A stretch of DNA of 63,989 nt, filler included, from Perkinsus olseni (lineage: Eukaryota): assembly GCA_013115125.1 (NCBI GenBank). It is 4 parts of 4 records of this genome, joined end to end, with 100 filler letters (N's around TTAATTAATTAA, not from the genome) between each part and the next. Parts side by side here need not be neighbours in the genome. Positions count along the whole stretch, not along the records: positions 32,157 to 48,098 come from JABANN010000689.1; positions 48,199 to 63,989 come from JABANN010000694.1; 2 more parts are not named here. One strand, given 5' to 3'. Both the position numbers and the translations under genes were made by a program. The notes beneath the pieces are model-generated. The model was not told the origin of the DNA. It did not search any database and saw only the letters and a program-made list of their open reading frames with translations. This document shows, piece after piece, positions 36,836 through 50,036 of this stretch (within the stretch, counting starts at the first letter, position 1; every line of letters begins with the position of its first letter).

Positions 36836-39186
36836 TTACCCAACAGAGCCTCGTAACCTTTCCTTAAGCATAGCACTGGCCTCCTCCGCAAACTCTAATG
36901 GCAACTCAGTAAATACATCCTCACAGAACCCAACCAACAGTAATGATAAAACATCTGATTCTTGCAAACCTGAGGACAGTAGCGATGATGAGCCCGAGGC
37001 ACACTGTTGTTGTTATTACCTCTGGACATGAGGTACTGTAGCTGGTCAGCACTCACTCTACTAGTAGAGGCCTCGTGCTCTATTATCTGCCCATCCACAC
37101 CACCAGCATTCACATGATGAGGAGCAGCATCATCGGCATTATCATGGTCATGCTTAGCTCGCACTTCTTCTCCTCCTCCTGTTGCTGCTGCTGACTCCAC
37201 CCCACTGGACTGCAGAACGGGCAGGGTACTAGATGTACCTGATGATGATGATACTACTACTAGTGGTATGATGTTGGTATTATTACTATTATCTCCAATT
37301 AATAAGGCATCACATTTACTATAATTCTTGCATCCTTGTGTATGATCAGCAAACTTGACCATGCCTCTGTAGGTGTTACTCGAATGACCACTGGATATAC
37401 TCTTACTTATTATCCTACTCTTAGTATTATCACCGATATGTATCATTTTAGTACCAGTATCAGCTTCTTGGGTATTACTAGTTAATGTTACTGAATAGAA
37501 CTCGCCAACCGAGCCTTCACCCAATAACACACAACTAGGATATTTCCAAGTAACAGCAGATCCACTCTCCACTTGCGTCCAGGTTATTCTTGAATTCCTT
37601 CCTCTGCATTGCCCTCTCTTAGTAACCAGATTAAGCACACCACCAGACCACTCATCACCATCAACTTGACTACCGCTGTGCCAGTTCTGTGCAGTACTAT
37701 ACTTGATGTTAGCATCATCCAAGGCGATGAGCTCGACGACAGCAGCATGCATTTGATAGGGTTCTCTCACCTTGTTAGCCTCATCAATGATTGGTGGTGG
37801 AGGGGGCTCAGCAGCAGTACACCCCTCGATGTATGATACGGATGAGTTCTTATCGGCTATTATCAATGTCCTCTCGAATTGGCCAGATTGTGTATTATTA
37901 ATTCTAAAGTATGTTGATAATTCTATGGGGCAGTGGACGTTAGGAGGAACGTAAATGAAAGTACCATCAGAGAATACACACGAGTTTAATGCGGCATAAT
38001 AGTTATCATTTACCGGTACAACTGATCCTAGGTACTTACGTACTAGATCAGGATAGTCTCTTGCTGCTTCTAGTAGTGAACAGAATATGATGCCATACTT
38101 ATCATACAGCTCCTTACGTCTAGTTGTAGCTATAGATAGACTATCGAAGACCGCATCAACTGCCGCAGCACCACCACCACCACCATCCTCAGCATTCTTC
38201 ACCTCTCGAAGCTCCTCCTCATCATCATTGTCATCATTGAGTTTAATATTGAGTATATCCTCAACACCTGGGCGTGCTGCTGTAAGATTCTCTGGACGGG
38301 AGAACATAGATAGATTTTGTAACATATCCCGCATATCGCTGGGCATACGCTTGCCAACCTCACCCCAATCAGGTAGGTTATTATTATCATTTTGTGATTT
38401 CCACCATTTGTAAGCCTTCTCACGGAAGTCCAACAACCAGTCCGGTTCGTTATTGACCTTGCTTATCTTCCGAATGGTCCCGAGATCCAATCCCGGTGCT
38501 ATCTGCATAGTATCCACCGCATGCCGAGATGCATACACCTTTTGAGGCAGCTCACAGCCGCTGGAAGGGGTACTGTCGGTAAGAGCAGCAGACCTCCGTT
38601 TGATAGTAGCACCACCACTCCTGAGCCCTCTACGTTGTGATAACATGATAAGGAGGTAGGATGCAGCCGTGCCAGTAGCGAGTATCCACCACCAGTATAA
38701 CCCAGATGTAATACTACCAGGAGCAGCACGTTTAATTGTATTAATAGTATCAGAATGCATGATACTGCCATCTTGAAGAGCAGTAAGGTAGTGTGGTATC
38801 GATGGTGTGATCCGCCTCTGTCCCACAACCGGTGCTAGGAATTTACTAGGCAGCCCTCCGGGTATAATGCTATTACCAGCATCATCATCACTACTACCTC
38901 TGAGCTTTCTTCTTCTTCTTCTTCTTCTACCGCTATCATCATTACTACTATCGCGTCGACCAGAGTGCAGTAGTAATGCTTCCATCAGGGAACGATGAGT
39001 AGTAGTACTATGTTCAGAGAATGATATAAGGATGTAGCCCATAAAGGTGAGGAGCATCATCCCTAGGATTATGGTGTGTCGTCGTCTTATTCTTCGAAGA
39101 CCATCAGGGTGGCCTACTGCTGCTGGTGTTGCCTTCCATGTTCTTGCTGACGACCGGGCTGTAGAGTCACTGAGGTGGTAAGGCAT
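36836..39186 (-). CDS. sufB: Fe-S cluster assembly protein SufB, nucleus-encoded, with a long targeting leader
   Basis: VDAVFDSLSIATT, AALNSCVFSDGTFIYVP, GQFERTLI, SYIEGCTA, TWKYPS, QEADTGTKMIH, IEHEASTS; intron 36970-37019; ends LPLEFAEEA..GSVG*. Confidence 0.95.
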
Positions 39187-39659
39187 AGTGTTGTCGCCAT
39201 CACAGATAAAACAATAACTCCAACAAGAATACAGAATACCCCAACAACAGAGGAGGAGGAGGCGGAGAACTCAAGACGGAACAAGTGGATGATGATGATG
39301 ATAATAATCATGGGGGGTCTAGACATACCCGACGGCCATTATGTATGGTATAATTAAGCTTACTAAGGGGGGATATTAAGGTATTATTGAAGCCTCTGGG
39401 GCCAGAGTGTACAACTAGAGTACTGGGTGAACTGAGAGGAGAAGAAGAAGAAGGAGTTGTAGTATTGATAATGGTAGTAGTATAAGTACCTCGTCGGCAG
39501 AAGCCTCCGTAAAGCGTTATAATACCATAAGGAAGTGACAGATGGATATGCTGTATCCCTAGGTGGTGGGGTTATATATGATACGACACATGATGGTTTG
39601 GTTTGCTGATAGTAACGCAACCATAGTGGAAACAAGCTACTACGAGTACTACTACTACT

Positions 39660-41415
39660 ACCTTATTTAAGTCGTGTATTGATGATGATGATTCTTGTGT
39701 AAGGATATATATAACCTACAAGACACCATGATTGTGATGATAGCATGATGAGGAACTGTAATATAGTACCCTAACAATACTCTTAAACCTTCCCTCACTG
39801 GCTGTAGTCCGGATATTATATTCATCAATAATGTGATCATGAGTACGATGGAAACTACAGAGGGGCGACTACAGAGGAGTTAGCGTGAGATCTCAATATT
39901 ACAATATGAGAGTTATACTCTCCAGGCCGCAGCAACGACGGCCATCATGGTCCCCGGCGGCGCTGCTGTAGTAATATAAAAACTGTAACGCTGGACATAC
40001 ACCCGTACCAGCACATATGAATGATATATTCTTTATAACTCCTTGATAATCCTGAGTGCACATCAGAAGACTCAAAGCAGGTACTATTACTTTGGTCCAA
40101 TTAAAGATATTATTAGGTACAAGTTTAGCCTGCTGCTGCTGTTGTATAGTGTCCTCCCCTACTGGCAATGCTGTACATAAATAATTACTAACTTTACCAT
40201 TGGTGTAGCATCTTATGAGTAAATCAAATATCACACCAGTATTATCATAGATAAGGTTTATCGGAGTATACCTGAATGATTGTTTCCATCATCATACGTT
40301 ATACCATTGATAACTACTCTCTCGTGTGTATGGTATCAGTTCCAGCATCATCCACTTGTACCAGTAAGGTTATGAGGGGCCCTCTATTAATGAGGTCTTG
40401 TAGCATAGCTGTATTGCTTGATACTATCTTCATCTTCAATCTATATACCCCATATGATGCAGCAGGTTGCCTATTGTCATCAACACTACTACACTTCTCG
40501 GCAGATCTTCTTATTACCTATCCAATAATTGCATCATCATCATGACCACCGGTGTATCCGTCGCCACGCTATGGACACTATCCCTCCTATCCGCTGGAGC
40601 GAATGTAGATCGGTGGTCGATGATATCTTCTATATCTTTAGTTGGACACGCCACTCGCTGCGGCCGGTCTTCTCGTTGTCGACGCTGGCCCTCGTCTAAG
40701 GACCTATAATGTGTACATGGCCTGATGCCCATCGACACAACCATACCTGTTGTTGTTGTCCTCCCCTAGTGTGGGAGGGTCCTTCCCTCTTACTGAGGAT
40801 GTACAATAATAATGCCAACACTGCCATCATTATTACCATTTATCCATACCATACCATTACTATCAATAGCCGTACCGTACATCCTCTGTCTGAATCGATA
40901 ATCATCATCAACACTAATACCATCACGTAACTGCTAACACCAGTACCATGAAAGAGTATCATGCATAGCTGTTAATATTACCGATATGAGGGCGCCATGA
41001 CCTGGGCATCTCACACATGGTCCTCCTCCTGCTGCTGCTGATCCTGTGTGAGCATGTATCACACTGACATGATCATTACTGTCTACTATCCTGTATCCTA
41101 GATGACCGCAACTAAGAGATACAACCAATAACAACACTACCATCATCCACCACTATCACCACCATCGTTAATACCTATTAGACATTGCTACTATGCTAGG
41201 ATTTTCATGATCATCATCACCCTCTTCAGTATATACCAATACTTCATTACCTCCAGACTCCGACGTAGTACTTGATTTCAGTTTAATAATAGACACTCTG
41301 TTCCTACAGATGATCATGGTACGATGGTATGATGAAGATGAAGATGATGATACCTGGTAAATTGGTTGACATGACCGATGCATTGAGATGCACTTCCATC
41401 ATTATTATTAGACAT
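39660..41415 (-). CDS. Rieske [2Fe-2S] domain fused to a cytochrome b5 reductase/FNR-type module (3' end uncertain)
   Basis: Spliced frame: SNSCGHLG..VRCPGHGALISLRDG..QRMYGTAID; then REYTP, LLIRCYTNGKVSNYL, FICAGTGVCP. Confidence 0.78.
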
Positions 41416-41631
41416 GATAATAAAACAGCAGCTGGGAAGATGAGCAGCAGCAGCAGCAGCAGCAGCAGAGCACCCAGAAAACATAGTCATCAACCCAACA
41501 CGTTATCAATCATGTATAATAATAAGAGTATCCTCCTTATTGTTGTTATTATCATCATCACGAGCCAAGGCCATATCCTTCCAGTGGACTGGCCATGACA
41601 TGTACTATCAATACTGCCATCGCCCGATGGC

Positions 41632-42159
41632 TCATTGCTGTTGATTATCATCATCCTTACGCCACTTAGCGAACACGTTGTATCTGATAATAAAATGATG
41701 ACTGTTGTTGTACATGGTGTTATATTTACTTATCATTTTGCTTGAACCTCGAGTGTAGGTACAATAGAGCATAACCAAAGAAGGGGTATACCATTAGTCT
41801 GTACATATCCATATTGGCCTTATCCCTCATACCACCATACCATGCTGGATCAACACACCAACGCCATTGATTCTTAGTTGGATCTATGTTCCACTCGGGT
41901 ACTCCATAAAATGCCGCCTTCCAGTAACACCATGACCTCATCTGCCATCTACCAACACGTCTCCATTGATATCTTTTAAAATAATTATAACTGAATAATA
42001 ACAACAGGGATGGTTGTTGTTGTTATGGATGATCATCATCATCATCTTGTATTACTTGATCCTTAGCCATTGATATACTGGTCCCCCAGGATAAGGGGAC
42101 ATGATGGTACGAGTGCCGGAGGGGTAACGCACCAGAGTGGTCGGGGATAGACGAAGCAT
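41632..42159 (-). CDS. Small mitochondrial membrane protein, resembles myzozoan complex IV subunit ApiCOX19
   Basis: 3 exons: MLRLSPTTLVRYPSGTR..., one TM (VYPFFGYALLYL), ends FAKWRK; family call from memory of the RYPSG and KWR motifs. Confidence 0.55.
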
Positions 42160-42345
42160 CAGCAGCAAGGGTGAGGAGGCAACAACAAGATGATGATGCT
42201 GCTGATAGTATCACTATTAATGGTAATCCAATACACTACATGAGTATGGACCATATGAATAGAAACAACAACAATGACGGTGGTAGTAGGAACAGTTGAA
42301 GGACGTTATGATGATGATGATGATCGTAGTGGTATACAATCATCA

Positions 42346-44113
42346 TCATACCTGTTGTTGTTGTTCAGTAACGCATCTATCACAATTACAATAGAATCCG
42401 TAATCCTTGAGACGATGTCTTCTAGTATTAACATCTAGATGTATAGGTACGTAGGATATCCTAAGCTCATCACCGTATTTGATAGGTGCTAAAGATACCA
42501 CTTCCATTTCATTAGTAGTATTATTAAATACCACCTTGGCATTAGGACAACATGAATGGTTCATTCTAGCAACAGTCGAGTAGAAGCCTGTACCATGAAA
42601 TGATGGGAAATCCTTTAGTACTAGCTCGGCCAATGGCACTCCCCTAGCTTGTTCACGTAGTTGTGCTAACTCTTCGGCTACCAACTGTTCATGTTCTACG
42701 TCATCATGCTCATCATCAGACATCATATCATCATCATTATCCTCTTCTTCTTGGTCATCAACATCGTCTTCATATACACCTTCCATCTCAGAAGACCACA
42801 TTGATAGGGCTACTTGCTTTTCCCGCAGTATATTGCACAACACGTTGGTAACAGTAGCGGCCATCTCTCGGTTAGCATTACCGCCATTGGCAGCAGCAGA
42901 AGCAGCAGCAGCAGCATTACCAAGTTCACTAACCTGACGATGATAATAATATTAGTCGTTATAACAACTTATGATAGTATAACTTTGAATACCTCCATCT
43001 TAGCCTTAGCATTATGGATCTCGATATCGATATTGTTCATGTCAAACATACCAACGATATTCTCATATAACCTCCTGCCACCATAATCACACTTGTCACT
43101 TAACAAGTATCCAAGCTCATTATTCTTCGACATAAATGCATCGGCCAACAGATTGTACGCATCACCAACTGCCTCGTCTAACCATGATCTCCAATTATCT
43201 GTAGTATGATGATAACGACGATGATAACATCATCACATATAGAACCACAGCATTACTATAAGCATCTTTATCATTGTCATCCATACCTGCTGGTGGTCTA
43301 GCTATTTTAGTAATCTCACCATGGCAATATCTAAAGATAGTTGAGGTTGTTGTGGTACTTCTTGACGTACTTATTACGTCATTAGATATTCGACCTCCTG
43401 ACGTAATCTCCCTTCGTTATCTTCACAACTTGACACTAGTTCTGCCAATACCTGCACAATGCTTTATGTACATCAACAATGATGATGATAAGGTAGTACT
43501 TGGGCTGCTAATAATAATGTATCACCACATCCATCAATACCAAGACAATGATATTTAAATTTGGTAATACCACCAGTACTACTACCATCAGTAGCCTCAT
43601 CAGCCACACATAGCGCCCAATGATGCTTCTTATACGCCGATACACGACACTACATCATAACAATATACAGGTATTAGGAGTGGTGTGGTACTACCTCTTC
43701 TGAACAATATATCTCACCACATCTGCACTTAACCATACTACTATTATTATCGGGTAATGCACCACTTTCACGTCCTAATTCGTAGACCTAAGAATAGTAG
43801 ATACTATCATACTACCTAGGACCATAATGATGACCACCTGATACTGTGCTTCACGGAATGCATCTTCATCTAGTATTGTCTGTAACTGTAAGACTGTATT
43901 ATCTATTATCTTACTACAGTTCTGACAAGCGGTAACATATCTTCTATTGGCAGTATGCTGTATATGGAATAACGGTCTGTCTTTATATAATACATCACCT
44001 ATTGATGTTGTTGTTGTATTATTATAATACAACCCTAGACCAACATCAGGAGATACCTTATCAACTCTCACACATGATGGCATACAGGAAGAGGCAGATG
44101 AAGAAGAAGACAT
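42346..44113 (-). CDS. SET-MYND (SMYD5/ATXR2-like) lysine methyltransferase
   Basis: GLGLY..YKDRPL..CQNC; CGEIYCSEEC; RMNHSCCPNA; ELRISY; FYCNCDRC post-SET. Confidence 0.85.
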
Positions 44114-44306
44114 CGCCAACAACAACAACGGTAGGCAAGATCGTTATCCCGGTCCGATTATTCGATCAACGGCGGAGCGAAGCGATACATGTTTACCATT
44201 TTGGTGTTACGATTTTTTCTACTACCCCGGGCGAGCTGAAGTGGGATGTGAAACGGTATCGTCATGTTAAATGTATGCATTTTATTAGTTGTTGCTGTTG
44301 ATAGTA

Positions 44307-45115
44307 ATGATGGATAATGAAGTTACTGTTATGAATAGAGTGATGGATGGTATATTGAATAAATTATTTGTATTGTTCCATAGCATAGCTATGATACGTG
44401 ATATAGTGATACACTATATTACCGTAATACCATTGTATATCCTCAGATTGCGGTCATTAATATCACGATATACATGTAATAACATCATCAGTGTGCTATT
44501 ATCATCATCATCCTGATAGGTGCCTTATCGGCCAGCAGTGCTGGTAGGAAGGTGATGCTGTTAAAGAAGCAACCGAAGCATGTGTTGTTATGCGTTGATG
44601 GACCATTTACATCAGATCAACTAACTGATATTAGTATTGCTATTATACAGGTATCCAACTGTCATTACATTACTATATACGATTGTTATACTACTACCAC
44701 TACTGATGGTGATACTAACAATACTACTAAAGTGTATGATAATATTATTAAACAACATCATCATCGGCAGCAGCAGCCAACTGCTAGTCATGCTCATTGC
44801 AGGATACAGTATATACTTGGGGATGGGCATAGGAATCTAGTCAGGAAGGCTAATCAACGATTACAACAACAACAACAAGAGGATGTGAGTAGTAGGCTTA
44901 ACAGTGATGATACGTTCCCTAACCCTGATGTAGCTTTGATATTAAATAAGAATAATTACCCATTTAGTTATAATAATGTAACAATACCTGAGAGGTTGGA
45001 TCCTAGCTATATATATTATGCTGAGGTAATACCAGTTTATTCTATTGATTATATATCCGACGTTATCGCTAGTCTTCATCAATACGATTACAAGCAACAA
45101 AGGTTCGGTAAATAA
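44307..45115 (+). CDS. NUS1: NUS1/NgBR-like cis-prenyltransferase subunit
   Basis: N-terminal hydrophobic exon; KQPKHV; PNPDVALIL; IYYAEV; C-terminal QRFGK (RxG). Confidence 0.7.
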
Positions 45116-45235
45116 CATTACCATAATCATTACCAATACTATTGTCACTACCATTACGCCATCATACTACGATTATGTTGCGGTGAGGGTGTGGTATGGT
45201 AGTGTTGCCAGCAGTATTGATGTATTATTATTGCC

Positions 45236-46656
45236 ATGGTAACAACTAAGCGTCAGCGTAACGCCAATCATCAACCCACCGCAGCCTCTACGACACTACC
45301 ACCATCATTACCGAGGTCAATGGAAGAGGACTTATTAAGCTCATCAGGCGTAGCGCCGGATATTGTAAGGGGTGTATGAGGGTACCTGTATGTTATAATA
45401 GTTACTCTCAGGTTATAGGTGTTGATGAAGCAGGTAGAGGCCCTCTATGTGGCCCAGTAGTAGCTGCTGCGGTATTCATCGATAGAGATACTCATATATC
45501 ACACGGTTTATGTGTAATATCGTACAGCCAAGTCGTGCATTAGTATTATAGTATTAGCTCTTAGGATTCTAAAAGCTTGAGTGACGAGGGAGATCGTGAG
45601 ATGGTATACCAGGAATTAACAAGTAATAAAGGTGTTAAGTGGAGTGTTGGTATAGTTGATAATAAAACTATAGATAACATCAACATATTACAGGTAGTTA
45701 TCATCATCACTGCTCTACCATAAATCTACTACTACCTCCTTAGGCTACCTTCTCTGCTATGGCAGAAGCAGTTACGAAGTTGGTGAAATGTGGTAAGAAG
45801 GGTCTTAAATATCATATATTGATAGATGGAAATAAAACCCCAGCACAATTGGTAATGCACATTACACGGATATTACAATCAGCATGATATGTGGTATCAT
45901 GATGATCAGAATGATAACGTTAATATCGTTGGTGTGACCCCAGTGGTGAAGGGTGACGGTAAGGAAATGGTCATAGCTGCTGCATCGGTGAGTAATAGTA
46001 TTGTTGTTATACATCATTAACTATTGTAATAGATAATAGCTAAAGTGACAAGAGATAGGATAATGCATGATATCAATGATAAGATACCACAGGTGATGAT
46101 GATAGTAGTAATAGTAGTTGATGTTATAACAGCAGCAGCAGCAGCATCATCGTCAGTAGTACTCATCTTCCACTTATTCACGCTGTCATTGTAGTATAAT
46201 CTATCACAACATAAAGGATATCCAACAGCAGCTCACATGGCTGTATTGAGGCGTCTGGGGCCTAGTAAGTACCATAGGCTCACTTTTGCACCTCTCAAGG
46301 GTAATTGGCAATGGAGTAAAGATGAAGATCAGCAGCAGCAGCAGCAGCCAATTAGGTAGCATGAGTGTAATGATGATAGAATACATTATCTCAGGGTTAC
46401 AACTACCAATCATACCCCTACTACACGCTACACCAAGAAGGATGGTGGTGGTATAGTACAGGTGAGTGGGTGTTGGTAACAACAACATTATCATCATCAT
46501 CGTAGTGGTAATTATCAGTCATCTGTGATGGAGACAATAACGGACAATAATAACCAAATCTTTGAGGTAAGAAGGAGCCTTCGAGTACGATCAGCAGCAC
46601 CCACAGCAGCAGCCACAGCAGCAGCTAGTAATAGTAGGAAGACTAAGAATAGGTAA
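45236..46656 (+). CDS. rnhB: Ribonuclease HII, bacterial type (multi-exon)
   Basis: [72 protein letters not shown]. Confidence 0.9.
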
Positions 46657-46767
46657 TTAATAGATGGGAGTCCAGACAGTTGATATATCTTGTCTTGTTC
46701 CTCCTGTTATTATTAATTACATTGGTATATTATTACTAATCTTTGTACGTAGTACTCCTTTTTACTA

Positions 46768-47062
46768 ATGGCAATTGATAAGAAGATCGTCAGTTATGGT
46801 GTCTTCTCTGTATTTTTAACCTGGATGTTATGTGTTGGTAATAACAACAACAACAACAACACTGCCATGATTAGCATCATTGTCATCAGAGGGCATCGAC
46901 GCTGGTAAGAAGTACAGTCCTGATTATGACCCCGAACCCTACTTCTTTCGATGGAAGAGGCAGTTCTTGGTCTGGGCACAGGATAGGAGATATCGCGGAG
47001 TACAACCAACCACCACCACCACCACCTCAACAGCAGCAGCTGAAGGGAGTAATGTACGATGA
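46768..47062 (+). CDS. Small single-TM hypothetical protein (2 exons)
   Basis: MAIDKKIVSYGVFSVFLTWMLCV-EGIDAGKKYSPDYDPEPYFFRWKRQF; frame kept across a GT-AG intron. Confidence 0.6.
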
Positions 47063-47215
47063 TGATTGGTGTAGCATGATGAAAGCGTTGATGATGCTGA
47101 TAGCGTTTCTGCCTCTGCGTATGATGTGGTTTAGTCTACATTCTGACCCATCTTCTGCTGACCACTTGGTGTCTATTTCCCTAGTACTACTGTTGTTGCT
47201 ATCATCTTCATCACT

Positions 47216-47649
47216 ATGGCCTCCCTTCCCAATCTTGGTAACCTAACTCCTGCTGATCAGGCTATGGTTAATAAGGAGATGCAGGATATGCAGGTAGGGA
47301 AACTAATAATCATACCACAACATCCGCTATTCCTGATTATGGTAGGTTAACGAGTCGTTACAGACTTATAATGGACTTGTCGAACGTTGCTTCAATCAGT
47401 GTATACAAAACTTTAGAGCCAAGAATGTGGATTATGAAGAGGTAATAGCAATATCAGCCGTTGTTGTTGTGTTGTTGCTGATGATGATGGCTATCGTGTG
47501 TGCTTCAGACCGACTGTGTAAAGCGGTGTGTTGGCAAGTTTATGACATATTCCCAAAGAGTTGGTACGAGGTTTGCTGAGAAGAATCAACAAGTAGCACA
47601 AGACCAGCAGGCAGCAGCTGCAGCCGCCTCTGCTGCTGGCCACCCGTAG
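47216..47649 (+). CDS. TIM9: Mitochondrial small TIM chaperone Tim9
   Basis: YNGLVERCFNQC..DCVKRCVGKFMTYSQRVGTRFAE twin CX3C; 3 exons. Confidence 0.9.
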
Positions 47650-48027
47650 GGATATCATCATCACTCTATCCACTATGATGACGATTATTGTGACGATGTA
47701 TCCATTTACTAACAATGTCCTTAACATCATCATCATCATCATTGGCTCCCCCTCACCCTACTAGCAGGTGGTCACATTTCCGATACTCATGATGTAGTGG
47801 TGTTGTTAAATGTAATACCATTATACCCTGTGCGACTACTATTGGGTATCTAGGGCCTATCAGGTATACCTGTTAGGTATACCCATTCTTGTTATACTAC
47901 CATGGGGGGCAATGGACGTCATGATCATCATGCCCAACAGCAGCAACAACAGCATCGGGATAATAATCGTGTGACAGTAGAAGAATCATTAGCTTTAAGG
48001 AAAATAGATACTCATCTATTCCTGGCT

Positions 48028-48028
48028 G

Positions 48029-48098
<70 letters not shown>
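48028..48098. repeat. (AGT)n microsatellite at contig edge
   Basis: Pure trinucleotide run. Confidence 0.95.
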
Positions 48099-48198
48099 NN
48101 NNNNNNNNNNNNNNNNNNNNNNNNNNNNNNNNNNNNNNNNNNTTAATTAATTAANNNNNNNNNNNNNNNNNNNNNNNNNNNNNNNNNNNNNNNNNNNN
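48099..48198. other. Artificial contig linker
   Basis: N44-TTAATTAATTAA-N44. Confidence 0.98.
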
Positions 48199-48339
48199 GC
48201 TGCCAACGCATGCCTTCCATAGCCTATGGAAGGCATGCGTTGGAGCCCCAATTCGAATGTTTAACGATAACTTGAAAAACCTGCGATCTTTAGGATACCG
48301 AGTGCTTACTTCATGTAGGCCGATTGTGAGTTTTTCCGT

Positions 48340-48477
48340 ACTATTTAGTGGTTTTTTAGGGGCTCTACTAAATTGGTCTTTCATAAAATCAAATTGCTTT
48401 GGGGTTGTACTAATTTGGTCTGGGCTTTATCAAATTGCTTTGGGGTTTTACTAAGTAGGTCTGTAAATGGTGTAGAG
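48340..48477. repeat. Third copy of the repeat terminus seen at 1-73
   Basis: AAATTGCTTTGGGGTTTTACTAAGTAGGTCTGTAAATGGTGTAGA with extra subterminal units. Confidence 0.75.
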
Positions 48478-48649
48478 AAGATTCGAAAGCCATCGGTATC
48501 GCCCGGCAAATTTTAAGTGGTTTTACTGTGGTGATGAGAACCGAGAAAAACTAGATGTGCCAAAGATGACAACCGTGGGGTTCGAACTCGGGGAACTTTT
48601 CCTCGAAGGGGATATTGAATTGGAAGCCTCATTTACCCCTCACGAAGGC

Positions 48650-49450
48650 CCTCGCGGGGTAGCACAGCCAACTCATCGGTACTGCTCAGTGTTGACGAGG
48701 ATCTTGTAGACGGACAAGGTACGAATAAGCATGGTCGACCTGTTTCTGTGTTCAAGATATCTTTGCGAGGCGTCGGAGTATGATGGTATCTTTATGGTGG
48801 CACAAGTTTCATCAGCACAGCCCACAGCGCGGAATCCGGTGCCGATCACTGGCAGTACTTCTCGAGTACGATTATCTCACAGGAATCTTTAACATGCTTG
48901 CTGAACTTAGATTGAGGTCGACCTCGCACTCAGTGTGGAGGCGCCGCGTATCAATGGTGTTGTTAAGTGCAGCCTTAATGTACTTCTGAACAACGCCAAC
49001 GTGGCCTCCGACACTGCGGAGATATCTTCCCGAGATCTCCTGTCTGCATCCGGTTTGAGGTTGGTACTTTCTCTCCCAGTACGAATGGCATTGAAATTTT
49101 GAACGTGCAGGTTCCACATTGTGCCTGTTGGGCTCGTCAATGACCGTGAAAACGATAATGGCGGAGGCGACGAAGTAGGGCGATTAGACCTTGATTGATA
49201 TTAATGGGTGGTGCAATTCTGTAACCCGGCTCGAGGCCTTTTCTGGATGTCAGGTTCACGTCCAGATAGCGTGGCTCGGTGGAACGTCCGTCGGCTGAAA
49301 TATTCCATGCAAGTGGTCGAAGCTTTGATGGTCGTGACTTAAGTGTCTCATGGATTTTTGTTGTGTTAAGATACTCGGAACATGCGGGACGCACACATTT
49401 GCCGGTCGTCAATTTTAACCTTTGGTGGCCGACGAGCCTCGGGGGCTCTC
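48650..49450 (-). mobile_element. Degenerate hAT-like transposase relic
   Basis: NISADGRSTEPRYLDVNL resembles the hAT first catalytic-D motif (SxxxDxWT....YLxVN); frameshifted. Confidence 0.45.
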
Positions 49451-49606
49451 TCTACGGGAACGATATTCTCGCCGCCCTTCCTCAGTGAGGGTGAGTGAAA
49501 ATCGGTATGTCGGCACACCCGTAACAGTAATTGGTGGCAGCGTCACAGCTTACTCGGACGAAACAAGTAGGGAGGAAACAAATAGCATGCCACCGGATAA
49601 GCGCTA

Positions 49607-49688
49607 CGACAACGGCAGGATTCGAACCTGCGCAGGCGGAGCCTGGTGGATTTCAAGTCCACCTCCTAAACCACTCGGACACGCTGTT
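49607..49688 (-). tRNA. tRNA-Ser(UGA)
   Basis: 82-nt cloverleaf with variable arm; GTGGA-CTTGAAA-TCCAC; GGTTCGAATCC; position 1 mismatched. Confidence 0.8.
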
Positions 49689-49954
49689 TTGTTAGTGGGG
49701 GCGAGGATCAATCGGGACCGCAAGGCTTGCCCCAATCTTTCGCTTACACTGTCCAGTTACCGCTGGTAGAGAATAGATCTCAACCGGAATCCCTATAATT
49801 CAGCAGTAGTACTTCAATCTGTGCCGGTTGAGCCTACGAGGTTTACTGGTTATCTCTTTGACCGCTCGGACACGATGGTTTTTAGGCGTGGGCTAATTGG
49901 GTTCGAATGAAAGGGAACAAAAAATATTTAAATAAATCCATCAAACGAATAGAC

Positions 49955-50036
49955 CGATAGCGGCAGGATTCGAACCTGCGCAGGCAGAGCCCAGAGGTAT
50001 TCGAGACCACCTCCTTAACCACTCCGACACGCTGTC
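49955..50036 (-). tRNA. tRNA-Ser(CGA), degenerate
   Basis: 82 nt, paralog of 62291-62372 with anticodon-stem mismatches. Confidence 0.6.

Noticed and set aside
49607-49688. Possible selenocysteine or suppressor tRNA
   Set aside because: The anticodon is UGA (reads UCA, Ser), not UCA, and the body matches the neighbouring tRNA-Ser genes
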